Origin: Candidatus Buchananbacteria bacterium
GTDB lineage: Bacteria; Patescibacteriota; Patescibacteriia; 2-01-FULL-39-33
Assembly: GCA_041665065.1 (NCBI GenBank)
Contig: JBAYJM010000003.1
Location: 5,183-69,182, forward strand
Direction: 5' to 3'
DNA length: 64,000 bases
Below, piece after piece: positions 10,315 to 19,921 of the stretch. The notes beneath the pieces are model-generated. The model worked only from the letters and a program-made list of their open reading frames with translations. It was not told the origin of the DNA and did not search any database. The position numbers and the translations under genes are program-made. Every line of letters begins with the position of its first letter. The first letter of the stretch is position 1.

Positions 10315-10698
10315 TTACTTTTTAGATTCTCTATAATTTTTAATTGCCTCCTGCAATCCTTCGTGAGCTAAGACTGAACAATGCAACTTAGGCGCCGGCA
10401 AGCCGCCCAATTCATTTGCTATATCTAATTTGCCTATTTTTAATGCCTCATCTAAAGTCTTGCCCTTTGCCATGTCAGTTAACATTGATGATGTGGCGAT
10501 AGCCGCCCCGCAACCCAATGTCTCAAATTTAATATCATCAATTATATCTTCGGCCTTTTTATTTTGGCCGACTTTTATATAAATTTTCATAATATCGCCA
10601 CAAACAGGATTTCCGACCTGTCCAACACCATCAGCATCTTTAATTGTGCCCTGATTGTGGGGCTTTTGAAAATGCTTTAATACTTTTTCGTTATACAT
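10315..10698 (-). CDS. iscU: Fe-S cluster assembly scaffold IscU
   Basis: Three conserved Cys: GNPVCGD, LGCGAAIA and LPAPKLHCSVLA. 127 aa. Confidence 0.85.
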   Translation of the reverse strand: MYNEKVLKHFQKPHNQGTIKDADGVGQVGNPVCGDIMKIYIKVGQNKKAEDIIDDIKFETLGCGAAIATSSMLTDMAKGKTLDEALKIGKLDIANELGGLPAPKLHCSVLAHEGLQEAIKNYRESKK

Positions 10699-10730
10699 AA
10701 AAATTTAATTTTTAATTTATTAATTTTAAA

Positions 10731-11135
10731 TTATACAAGGTTTGCTAAAGTGAATTTTCGCAATGTCTTTATAATATTCTTTTGTAATTCATCCCAAACT
10801 TTTTTAGTTAAACAGCCATTGACGGAACATGCTACTTTTCCATTCTCCCCCGCCATGCAATAAAATACAGCTAATGGCCCCTCAAGAGCCTCTACAATTT
10901 CAAAAATATTTATTTCTTTTGGCGATCGTGACAACTTATAGCCTCCACTTACCCCCTTAATACTCTTAACTAAATCATTTGCCTTTAACTTAACAAATAA
11001 ATGTTCCAAATAAGACTGAGATATGTGTTCTTTTTTTGAAATTTCGGTCAGGGAAAGCGGATTATTATTTTTGCCATTTTTTGCCAAAGCCGTCATGGCC
11101 TTAAGACCGTATTCTGTTTTAGTAGTAAACATCAT
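10731..11135 (-). CDS. Rrf2-family transcriptional regulator (IscR-like)
   Basis: 134 aa. N-terminal wHTH (YGLKAMTALA...LSLTEISKKEHISQSYLEHLF). Three Cys in the C-terminal half (CMAGENGKVACSVNGC). It is the first gene of the isc cluster. Confidence 0.8.
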   Translation of the reverse strand: MMFTTKTEYGLKAMTALAKNGKNNNPLSLTEISKKEHISQSYLEHLFVKLKANDLVKSIKGVSGGYKLSRSPKEINIFEIVEALEGPLAVFYCMAGENGKVACSVNGCLTKKVWDELQKNIIKTLRKFTLANLV

Positions 11136-11242
11136 AATTCTTGCATTTTAGTTCTAAATAGCTCCTTTCAGCTAAGGATAAACTCCTAGTAAGTTAGTTG
11201 GTTATTTATATAGTAGCAACCGCAAACAAGCATGTCAAGTCC

Positions 11243-12061
11243 CTATTTACTGACAATAATCATAATTCTCTGCCCCAAAGCCATTTCCTGGTCGGTCATC
11301 CCGCCTTCAGCTAACTGATGGTTCCAATCGTGAACGGAATTTATTAATTTTTCAAAATCATAACGCCAGCCATTTCCCTTGCGCGTACCGGGATCATTAG
11401 TTATAAACTGAGACCCACTATAGCCCTTGATTACCAACATATGATAAATCGGACCGGGTTGTTTGAAATTAGGGTTGCCTAATTCTCTTCCGGCCGCCGG
11501 CACAATAATCAAATTTCCTTTTGATAATTCATATTTAATGCGATCAACAGAAACATCGGTGGTAAGTTTGGCATTTAAGCCAAAGTATTCTTTTAAAATA
11601 ATTTGGGTCTCTTCTGCAGTAAGATCAACGCCAAAACTCCTTTCCTTCTGCCACCCAATAAGGCCTTGAATCTCTTGCTCCATTATGGTTTCGTCAAGAT
11701 TTTCTTTATGAAAATATTTCGCAGCCATAATCATTGATGCTTCCTCGCAAGACTCTTCATGCAACTCGTCCCAATTTGCAAATGGTGCCTGCTGGGCAAA
11801 AGCAACCCTTAATTCAAAACTTGTGGGAATTAAAACAGTGACCTTTTCTGTTGTCGTTGCCTTGATAGGATGGTCCTTGACGGAAATTGTAGATGTTACG
11901 GAAGAGGTGGATATGAATCTGTCATCGGTTGAGGTTTTATAATCGCTAATAGCATCTCCATTAACCTCAATCTTTAATGCTTGCTTGCTGGTACACGCGG
12001 ATATCAATGGCAAACATAAAACAAGTAACGATATTAAAATTAAATATTTGAATTTGATCAT
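11243..12061 (-). CDS. Secreted lipoprotein with a C39-like papain-fold peptidase domain (Peptidase_C39_2-like)
   Basis: Lipobox LISAC. Candidate Cys/His/Asp triad: EESCEEASMIMAAKYF ... PIYHMLVIKGY ... ITNDPGTR. Paralog of 31642..32430. Confidence 0.5.
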   Translation of the reverse strand: MIKFKYLILISLLVLCLPLISACTSKQALKIEVNGDAISDYKTSTDDRFISTSSVTSTISVKDHPIKATTTEKVTVLIPTSFELRVAFAQQAPFANWDELHEESCEEASMIMAAKYFHKENLDETIMEQEIQGLIGWQKERSFGVDLTAEETQIILKEYFGLNAKLTTDVSVDRIKYELSKGNLIIVPAAGRELGNPNFKQPGPIYHMLVIKGYSGSQFITNDPGTRKGNGWRYDFEKLINSVHDWNHQLAEGGMTDQEMALGQRIMIIVSK

Positions 12062-12068
12062 TTTACTT

Positions 12069-12692
12069 TTAGCAAGGATTATTTTTTGTTTCTTGATTTA
12101 TAACACTATCTGAAATTTTGCCGCCTATATTTTCAATAAGTCCGTTGTATGATTTTAGCGTACAGCATTGCCCGTCAATAAAATTATACTGATATTTTCC
12201 TCCGCTGGCTGGCTCAAGCTGTATGCCAAATATCTGTTTGATTTTCAAATATATTTCCAAATCAGATTTTAACTTATACTTATCTTTGACAAACTTTGCC
12301 AGACTTTGATTTCTTTTGATCATGCCGCTTATTGCCTCATCGGGAACCGGCCCCGGCATGCCATAGCACGTTCCCGGTTTATATTTATCAACTAAATATA
12401 ATTTAATTTGGAGGTTCTCCGGCATTAAATCATCTTGGGCAATATCGCTTTTTGTTGTAGATGATGCTTGCTCCGATGAAATAAGCGGATCCGGATAAAA
12501 CTTTTTAACCTGCGCTTGTTTTGGCGTATTTTTATCCACTTTCGGCTGGCCTGAACTATTATTTGTTATATTCTGATTGGCTTCTTCTTTTTTACTGTTT
12601 ATGGTTCCAGATGAAGTATTATCAGCTAATGAACAAGCCGTCAAGGCCACGAGGGAAATTAGCACAAAAGACGTTAGAATTATTTTTTTCAT
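12069..12692 (-). CDS. Secreted lipoprotein, hypothetical
   Basis: Signal peptide plus lipobox LTACS. Ser/Asn/Gln-rich linker. Sits directly upstream of the C39-like gene on the same strand. Confidence 0.5.
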   Translation of the reverse strand: MKKIILTSFVLISLVALTACSLADNTSSGTINSKKEEANQNITNNSSGQPKVDKNTPKQAQVKKFYPDPLISSEQASSTTKSDIAQDDLMPENLQIKLYLVDKYKPGTCYGMPGPVPDEAISGMIKRNQSLAKFVKDKYKLKSDLEIYLKIKQIFGIQLEPASGGKYQYNFIDGQCCTLKSYNGLIENIGGKISDSVINQETKNNPC

Positions 12693-12927
12693 AAAGATTT
12701 ATTTTTGTTTTATTTTATTATAACATAAACCCAGTCTATCAAATAGAAAAAAGGCCTTGACATTTCGACCAAAATTGGTTAAAATAATTTTATATGGGAT
12801 TGTTGCAGCATTTCCAATTTAAATAAATAAAGAACAAAAGATTCCCACGCATTTTCGCCAGAGCGAATTTCGAGCCTGCCTGTCCGGTAGGCAGGGATGA
12901 CATATAAGGGAAATAACTAATAATAAT

Positions 12928-13200
12928 ATGGCACATAAAAAAGCGGGCGGCAGTACCAGGCTGGGCCGAGATTCCAATGCCCAACGTCTTGGTATCAAGC
13001 TTTATGGCGGGGAGATCGCCAAGCCGGGAGCTATTATTGTACGCCAAAGAGGCACACGATATAAAGCAGGACTAAATACAAAAGTAGGAAAAGACGATAC
13101 TATTTTTTCAACATCAAAAGGAATTGTCAGCTTCAATAAGAAAAAAATCAAAAAATTTACCGGAAAGTTAGAATACGCTCAAATTGTAAATGTAAAATAA
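12928..13200 (+). CDS. rpmA: 50S ribosomal protein L27
   Basis: [29 protein letters not shown] is the canonical L27 N-terminus. Confidence 0.95.
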   Translation: MAHKKAGGSTRLGRDSNAQRLGIKLYGGEIAKPGAIIVRQRGTRYKAGLNTKVGKDDTIFSTSKGIVSFNKKKIKKFTGKLEYAQIVNVK

Positions 13201-13246
13201 AGTTCTTAAAAATTCACTCCGATTTCGGAGTGAATTTTTATTTACG

Positions 13247-14905
13247 TTAATTTTTAATTCCCGCTTTTATCAGCCCATAGAATAAAGGGTGTGGTTTTAG
13301 GGGCCTTGATTTAAACTCCGGATGAAATTGAACGCCAATAAAGAATGGGTGCTGATCCTTTGATAATTCTACAATTTCAACCAGCTCATTGTCAGGTGAA
13401 GTGCCTGAAATATTTAACCCTGCCTTTTCACAGACTTCGCGGTAGTCATTATTAAATTCATACCTGTGCCTATGTCTTTCAGAAATTCCAAGCGTTTCAT
13501 ACAGTTCATAAGCCAGCGCTCCCTCTCTTAAAATACAAGGGTAAGCCCCCAAACGCATCGTATTGCCATATTGTTTTTTAAAAAGTTTTTCAGCTTGCTC
13601 GGGAATGATGTGGATTATCGGATTTGAAGTATCTGGATTAATTTCAGTCGTGTGCGCATCAGCCAAATTCAAAACGTTCCTGGCAAATTCAATTGTGGCC
13701 AATTGCATACCATAACAAAGGCCCAAGTATGGAATTTTATTTTCCCGTGCAAATTTAATGGCTGAAATTTTTCCCTCTATTCCCCTACTACCAAAACCGC
13801 CCGGCACCACCAAACAATCAAACTGCATTAATTCATTTATTTTCTCCGGTTCTTTTTCATAAATGTCGCTATTTATCCATTCAATTTGAGGCTTGCGAGA
13901 ATTGTGCCAAGCTGCGAACTTCAAACTTTCAATTACTGAAATGTAGGCGTCGGATAAAATAAAATCTCCACTTTCAAAATACTTGCCGATTATTCCGATT
14001 TTAACTTCTTGACTGCATGACTGAGATTTTGCCACAAAATCGCGCCACTCCTGCAAATCCTGCTGCTTGGGCTCCAATTTTAATTTCTTTAAGATCTTTT
14101 CTGATAAATTTTCTTTTTCAAAATTTATCGGCACTTGATATACGCTCTCAACATCCGGCGCTGAAATAATATTTTCCTTTGGCACGCTGCAAAACAAAGC
14201 CAGCTTTTCTTTTCTTGGCTCATCAAGCGGAAATGAAGATCTGCCCAATATAAAATCCGGCTGAATTCCCGCCGCATTTAACTCTCTTGCCGCAGCTTGC
14301 GTCGGCTTAGTTTTCATTTCGCCGATTTTTGAAGGTATCGGCAAATAACTGACCAAGACAAAAGCCACATCATCAGGATTTTCCAAATGCATCATCCTGG
14401 CGGCTTCTAAAAATAAAATATTTTGATATTCACCAGCAGTTCCGCCGACTTCAATTATTGTAATATCAGCATCCGCTTTTTCAGTAGCTTTTTTAATCCT
14501 ATCAATGACTTCATATGGTACATGAGGGACAACCTCAACGCATTTTCCGCCATATTCCAAATTCCTCTCCCTGTTAATTACCGACTGATACACCCTGCCC
14601 GTAGTCATGTAATTATCTCTTAAAATATTATTATCCAAGAACCTTTCATAATTACCAATATCCTGATCTGTCTCATCTCCGTCCTCGGTGACAAAAACTT
14701 CTCCATGCTCAACCGGATTCATGGTTCCGGCATCAACATTGACATAGGGGTCAATTTTAATGTTTGTAATCCTAAAGCCCCTGCCTTGCAAAATTTTTCC
14801 GATTGAAGCCGAGGCAATTCCCTTTCCCACTCCTGACATCACGCCGCCAATAATAAAAATGTACTTTCTTTTTTTGCCAATTATGGCAAATTTTTCACTT
14901 TCCAT
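13247..14905 (-). CDS. pyrG: CTP synthase
   Basis: KYIFIIGGVMSGVGKG N-terminal synthase motif. C-terminal glutaminase domain with GLCYGMQ (catalytic Cys) and HPEF. The start is set at MESEKF. Confidence 0.93.
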   Translation of the reverse strand: MESEKFAIIGKKRKYIFIIGGVMSGVGKGIASASIGKILQGRGFRITNIKIDPYVNVDAGTMNPVEHGEVFVTEDGDETDQDIGNYERFLDNNILRDNYMTTGRVYQSVINRERNLEYGGKCVEVVPHVPYEVIDRIKKATEKADADITIIEVGGTAGEYQNILFLEAARMMHLENPDDVAFVLVSYLPIPSKIGEMKTKPTQAAARELNAAGIQPDFILGRSSFPLDEPRKEKLALFCSVPKENIISAPDVESVYQVPINFEKENLSEKILKKLKLEPKQQDLQEWRDFVAKSQSCSQEVKIGIIGKYFESGDFILSDAYISVIESLKFAAWHNSRKPQIEWINSDIYEKEPEKINELMQFDCLVVPGGFGSRGIEGKISAIKFARENKIPYLGLCYGMQLATIEFARNVLNLADAHTTEINPDTSNPIIHIIPEQAEKLFKKQYGNTMRLGAYPCILREGALAYELYETLGISERHRHRYEFNNDYREVCEKAGLNISGTSPDNELVEIVELSKDQHPFFIGVQFHPEFKSRPLKPHPLFYGLIKAGIKN

Positions 14906-15023
14906 AAAATTTGTCACCTTCCCTTGCCAAAGCCCATCCCCCGGCAAGAATTATTAATTAAATTATTGCAAAAGAAAAAATAGAGATTTTTTCTCTATTT
15001 TTTCGTTAGTAATGTAAAAACTT

Positions 15024-15467
15024 CTATTTTTCTACTACTGATATGCATATTTCTGTTTCTAGGCCATGATCTAAATTAATTTTAACCTTATAGTCGCCAA
15101 GCTCCTTGATTGGCTCGGGTAATATTATCTTTTCCTTATTTACTATAATTCCCTTTTCTTTTAAGCCTTCAAAAATTGATGACTTTGTAATTGACGCATA
15201 CAAACGGCCGTAATTATTAATCTCTCCGCTTATTTCTAAAACCGTTGTATTTAACTTATTTGCTAATTTTTCAGTACTAATTAAATCCTTTTCTGCGTCT
15301 TTAATTTTTTTTATCTGCAACTGTTTTGTTAGATTAACGGCCTTAGGCGTTGCCACAGCAGCTAATTTATTTGGCATTAAATAATTCTTTGCATAACCGT
15401 CGGCAACCTCTTTTATGTCAGAGGCCTTTCCTAATCCTGATACATTTTTTAAAAGAATCACTTTCAT
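15024..15467 (-). CDS. rplI: 50S ribosomal protein L9
   Basis: N-terminus [32 protein letters not shown]. 147 aa. Confidence 0.9.
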   Translation of the reverse strand: MKVILLKNVSGLGKASDIKEVADGYAKNYLMPNKLAAVATPKAVNLTKQLQIKKIKDAEKDLISTEKLANKLNTTVLEISGEINNYGRLYASITKSSIFEGLKEKGIIVNKEKIILPEPIKELGDYKVKINLDHGLETEICISVVEK

Positions 15468-15469
15468 AA

Positions 15470-16741
15470 TTATTTGTTCAACTCTTGCAATGCCCTATCC
15501 AGTTGCGGATCCTTGTTTTGATTAAAATCTTCTTCTGTAAAATCAACCTTAATATCCGGCTCTATCCCTAACTGGTCTATTGATCGATTTTTGGGGGTAA
15601 ACCACTTTGCAACCGTGACCTTGACCGCAGATCCGTTGCTTAAAGTAATTAAATCCTGAACCGATCCCTTCCCAAATGTCTTTTCTCCAACTAATTTTGC
15701 CTTTCCATAGTCCTGTAAAGCGCCCGCAACAATTTCTGAAGCAGATGCACTTCCACCATCGACTAAAACCACCGTGGGCACATTTTGCAATTTAATCTGT
15801 TGCCCTGAAACATGCTTAATTTCCGTGCCATCGCTTTTTCTTTCAATTACTGCGGTTTGTGGGCCAACCAGTTCACCCACCATATCAATTGCCGATTGCA
15901 GATAGCCGCCAGGATTATTTCGCAAATCTATAATTAAACCCTTTGAGCTTTTAGTATTTATTTCGTTTAAAGCATTTTCAAAAAGAGAAATTGTATCGTC
16001 ATTAAACTGACGGACTTTTAGATAGGCAATATCGCCCTTATATTCCAGGCTGACGCTTTTTACATTAATAGTCTCGCGAGTAATTGTAAAATCCGCTGGA
16101 GAATCAGTGCCCCTAAGAATTGACAACGTTACTTTTGTACCCTTTGGACCCCTTATCAAACTCACTGCATCTGTTACTGTCATGTTTTGCGTGCTAGTGC
16201 CGTTAACTTTCAAAATAATATCATTGGGCTTTAATCCAGCCTTAAATGCTGGGCTATCAGGCAAAGGAGACACAATTGTAACATTGTTATTTTTTATAGC
16301 TATTTCAGCCCCGATTCCCTCAAAATTACCTTGAAGATCCTGCTGAAAAGTTGAGTTGCCTTGAGGCGTAAAAAACACAGAATAAGGATCATTTAACGAA
16401 TTGACAATGCCGGCTAAAGCGCCATAAAAAAGCTGGGTATCAGGAACACCCTTTACATAATAATTATCTTTTACCGCATTCCAAACCTCCCAGAACAAAT
16501 TAAAATCCACGTCTTCAGTTAAATATGTGGGCAACTTGCCATTATCTACCAACAATGATCCGCTGGAAGTTTGACTGTTCGTGCTATTTATTGCTGATGC
16601 GCCCTTAATTGTGCCTTGATTATTGGCGTTGAATATATTTGTTCCACCGGCAAAAACACCCCCGCTGAAAGCCAATATAATTAAAATAATCGCCAGCCAG
16701 AGCGATATCCGCGCCCTTAAATTAATTTTATTTTTATCCAT
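15470..16741 (-). CDS. ctpA: Carboxyl-terminal processing protease (S41 family, PDZ domain)
   Basis: N-terminal TM. PDZ domain. GGSASASEI and [11 protein letters not shown]41 motifs. Confidence 0.85.
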   Translation of the reverse strand: MDKNKINLRARISLWLAIILIILAFSGGVFAGGTNIFNANNQGTIKGASAINSTNSQTSSGSLLVDNGKLPTYLTEDVDFNLFWEVWNAVKDNYYVKGVPDTQLFYGALAGIVNSLNDPYSVFFTPQGNSTFQQDLQGNFEGIGAEIAIKNNNVTIVSPLPDSPAFKAGLKPNDIILKVNGTSTQNMTVTDAVSLIRGPKGTKVTLSILRGTDSPADFTITRETINVKSVSLEYKGDIAYLKVRQFNDDTISLFENALNEINTKSSKGLIIDLRNNPGGYLQSAIDMVGELVGPQTAVIERKSDGTEIKHVSGQQIKLQNVPTVVLVDGGSASASEIVAGALQDYGKAKLVGEKTFGKGSVQDLITLSNGSAVKVTVAKWFTPKNRSIDQLGIEPDIKVDFTEEDFNQNKDPQLDRALQELNK

Positions 16742-16896
16742 AAGTTTTTAAATCATTTTTTGATTATATCAGAAAAAAGAAAGAAAGCCAAATTGACTAA
16801 AAATATCGATTATGAGTATAATATAGCCAGCTCAAATACAAATATTTGAGTCAATATTAACAATTATTATTATAGAAAACATTAACTTAAACAATA

Positions 16897-18150
16897 ATGG
16901 AAAAGTACCTAATTGAAGGAGGAAACAAATTGAGCGGAGAAATAAAAGTTGCTGGCGCCAAGAATGAGGCGCTTAAAATCCTAGCCGCATGCGTATTATC
17001 AGGTGAAGAATGCCAAATTCACAACATGCCAAAAATTGAAGATATTTCCAGAATGATTGAAATTCTTGAAAGCATGGGTGCAGACATTAAATCCAATGGC
17101 TCCACATTAATAATTAATTGCGGCAAAATTAATAGGCCAGAGCCTGATCCAAATTTGGTAAGAAAGTTAAGGGCATCAGTTATGTTTGCCGGTCCTCTAT
17201 TGGCACGTTTTGGCAAGGTGAGCTTACCTCATCCCGGCGGATGCGTCATTGGCAAAAGACCAATTGATATGTTTCTGGCTGGATTTAAAGCATTGGGTGC
17301 TGAAGTAATTGAAGATGAAAATAGTTACACACTTAAGGCAGACAAATTAAGGGGTGCCAAAATCGTAATGCCCTGGGTAATGGTAACAGCCACGGAAAGC
17401 TTAATGATGACAGCCTGTTTAGCCGAGGGCACAACAACAATCGTTAATGCCGCCATGGAACCGGAAATTACTGCGCTGGCTGATTTCTTGAATTCGTGTG
17501 GGGCTAAAATATCAGGAGCCGGCACAACTCGCATCACAATTGAGGGGGTTGAAAAAATTAACGGAGGAAGTTGTACTGTCATTCCCGACAGAATTGAAGC
17601 TGGATCTTTTGTTATGATGGGGCTCATTACAAATAGCAATATTAAAGTTACTGGATGCAACCCGAGTCATCTTGAAACGGTTATTGCCACACTTAAAAAG
17701 GCAGGTGCCGATTTAGAAATTGGAGATGATTACATTATTACACTGCCAAGCAAACTAAAAGGAATAGAGCTTAAAACCCATGAATACCCGGGCTTCGTCA
17801 CAGACTTACAAGCACCATTTACAGTGCTCATGACTCAGGCCGATGGGATGAGCTTAATTCATGAAACTATCTATGACGGGCGCTTATTTTATACCGACAA
17901 ACTAGTAACTATGGGCTCTCATATCATTATGTGCGACCCCCATAGAGTGATCATAAACGGTCCGACCCAATTATATGGACGAAAGCTTGAAAGTCCCGAC
18001 ATAAGGGCTGGAATGGCTTTGGTTTTAGCCGGTTTGGCAGCCAAAGGCAGTACTACCATTGAAAACATCTATCAAATAGAACGAGGTTATGAAAACGTGG
18101 TCGAGAGGCTAAAGGCTCTAGGAGCTAAAATAGAAAAAACTCAAGATTAG
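16897..18150 (+). CDS. murA: UDP-N-acetylglucosamine 1-carboxyvinyltransferase
   Basis: 417 aa. LIEGGNKLSGEIKVAGAKNEALKILAA N-terminus. LPHPGGCVIGKRPID active-site Cys loop. Confidence 0.95.
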   Translation: MEKYLIEGGNKLSGEIKVAGAKNEALKILAACVLSGEECQIHNMPKIEDISRMIEILESMGADIKSNGSTLIINCGKINRPEPDPNLVRKLRASVMFAGPLLARFGKVSLPHPGGCVIGKRPIDMFLAGFKALGAEVIEDENSYTLKADKLRGAKIVMPWVMVTATESLMMTACLAEGTTTIVNAAMEPEITALADFLNSCGAKISGAGTTRITIEGVEKINGGSCTVIPDRIEAGSFVMMGLITNSNIKVTGCNPSHLETVIATLKKAGADLEIGDDYIITLPSKLKGIELKTHEYPGFVTDLQAPFTVLMTQADGMSLIHETIYDGRLFYTDKLVTMGSHIIMCDPHRVIINGPTQLYGRKLESPDIRAGMALVLAGLAAKGSTTIENIYQIERGYENVVERLKALGAKIEKTQD

Positions 18151-18151
18151 T

Positions 18152-19462
18152 ATGAAATTAATATACAGGAGAATAACCTATTCTATTTTTATCCTAATTT
18201 TTTTAATTGCCACTCCGCTTATACTTCTTTATACTTCCGGCTATCGATATAACTTTGAAAAGGGTCGCGTACAAAAAACCGGCATTCTAATACTTAGCAC
18301 AGTGCCACGCAAAGCAGAGATTTCTTTAAATGGAAAAGTAGTGGAAAACAAAACAACGCCGGCTGAAATTAAAAATGTTTTGCCTGGAGATTATGAAATC
18401 ACCATAAACAAAGAAGGTTATCATCCTTGGAATAAAAAATTGCCGGTTTATGAAAATTCAACTACTTTTGCAGAAAAAATTATTTTGTGGAGAGATGATG
18501 AACCAAAAATTATTAAGGAGAATTCATCCAAATTGTGGTCTTATGCACCCGACAAACAGCAAATCGCATTAGTTGATGAAAAAAATGGCCTTTATATTTT
18601 TTCCTTAAATGACAGTTCACTAAAGTATCTGGGAACAGCCGATAAAAATACCAATCAAATTATTTGGTCTCAAAACAACAAAAAAATAGCGCTTGCCAAT
18701 GGTGAGGGGAAAGATAAGTTTTTTGACGTTTATGAACTAAGTGCTGCCGACCACAAATGGCAAACAATAAGCGGGTATGAGACAATTTCTTGGCCACTAA
18801 ATGGCAATGAAGATTTTATTTATGGCTTAAATAGCGAAGGCATCTGGAGCGTTAATTTGAAAAACAACTCAAAACAATTGCTAGCCGATAGAGAAGATAT
18901 TGATGATTTTTTAATAGACAGTGCATCATTATATCTAATAAGCAAAAAACAAATTATAAGACAGGACCTGAATAATCCCGCAAAAAAGCAAGCTATTGCT
19001 CAAACGGAAAGAACCGGATATAAATTTTTAAGAGAAGAAAATAACAAGCTTATTTTGTCGGATAATCTGGGCAATATTGCGGTCATCGATAAAAATAACG
19101 CCTTTAAGCCGATTGAAATTAATGCCAAAAATATTGAATGGCGCAATTCCAATATATTTTTGTATTATAATGATTTTGAAATTGCCATTGTTAATTTGGA
19201 GAAGGATAAAAAAACGATTATCACCAGAGTAAGCCGGCAAATCAGCATGGCAATATGGCATGACCAAGGGAGAGACATCATCTATTCATCCGGCAATAAT
19301 ATTAATATAATAGAGATTGATGACAGAGAACTCAGAAATATAGTATCTCTCACTGATAATACAAGGGCAGATTTTTTGGCAACATCAGCAAATGGCAAAA
19401 CTTTATATTTTTCCGGAGCGACAGATAACAAAAATGGAATTTTTAAATTAGAATTGCAGTAA
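18152..19462 (+). CDS. Membrane-anchored PEGA-domain protein with a C-terminal beta-propeller-like region
   Basis: N-terminal TM. PEGA-like segment SLNGKVVENKTTPAEIKNVLPGDYEITINKEGYHPWNKKL. Repetitive beta-rich C-terminus. Confidence 0.5.
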   Translation: MKLIYRRITYSIFILIFLIATPLILLYTSGYRYNFEKGRVQKTGILILSTVPRKAEISLNGKVVENKTTPAEIKNVLPGDYEITINKEGYHPWNKKLPVYENSTTFAEKIILWRDDEPKIIKENSSKLWSYAPDKQQIALVDEKNGLYIFSLNDSSLKYLGTADKNTNQIIWSQNNKKIALANGEGKDKFFDVYELSAADHKWQTISGYETISWPLNGNEDFIYGLNSEGIWSVNLKNNSKQLLADREDIDDFLIDSASLYLISKKQIIRQDLNNPAKKQAIAQTERTGYKFLREENNKLILSDNLGNIAVIDKNNAFKPIEINAKNIEWRNSNIFLYYNDFEIAIVNLEKDKKTIITRVSRQISMAIWHDQGRDIIYSSGNNINIIEIDDRELRNIVSLTDNTRADFLATSANGKTLYFSGATDNKNGIFKLELQ

Positions 19463-19475
19463 ATAAAGCTAAGAT

Positions 19476-19502
19476 AAAAAGCCGCATTATGCGGCTTTTT
19501 TT
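19476..19502. terminator. Bidirectional intrinsic terminator. It overlaps the HIT stop codon.
   Basis: Sequence aaaaaGCCGCATtaATGCGGCttttttt. Confidence 0.85.
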
Positions 19503-19911
19503 ATAAATTTGATTTTATCTTTTTTAAAACCTTTGTTATTTCTCCCTCATCATATTCAGACCCCTTCCAAAGTTCATGGCCGTCCCCCGGAAATCTAGGC
19601 ATTATATGCCAATGAAAATGATTTATTAATTGGCCAGCCAACTTTCCATTATTCAACCCTAAATTAAAATCACTAGCGTCAACCGCCTTAAGAATTATCG
19701 GGGTAATTATTTTTATCGTTTTTACAATTTTACAAGCCAGGTCCTCCGGTAATTCAATTATATTATTGGGATAATGCTGTTTAGGAATTACCAAAACATG
19801 ACCAGGATTTACAGGCATAATATCTAATATCGCCAATACATCATCATCCTCAAAAACCTTATAGCTTGGCAAATCACCTTTTACAATTTTACAAAATATA
19901 CAGTCTTCCAT
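19501..19911 (-). CDS. HIT-family (histidine triad) nucleotide hydrolase
   Basis: HFHWHIMPR histidine triad. The start is set at MEDCIFCKIV because the longer ORF overlaps tatD. Confidence 0.85.
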   Translation of the reverse strand: MEDCIFCKIVKGDLPSYKVFEDDDVLAILDIMPVNPGHVLVIPKQHYPNNIIELPEDLACKIVKTIKIITPIILKAVDASDFNLGLNNGKLAGQLINHFHWHIMPRFPGDGHELWKGSEYDEGEITKVLKKIKSNL

Positions 19912-19921
19912 ATTATTTTTA

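Noticed and set aside
12790-13047. 85-aa minus-strand ORF overlapping the start of rpmA
   Set aside because: It overlaps the unmistakable L27 gene on the opposite strand and covers the GC-rich leader hairpin. It has no homology-like features.
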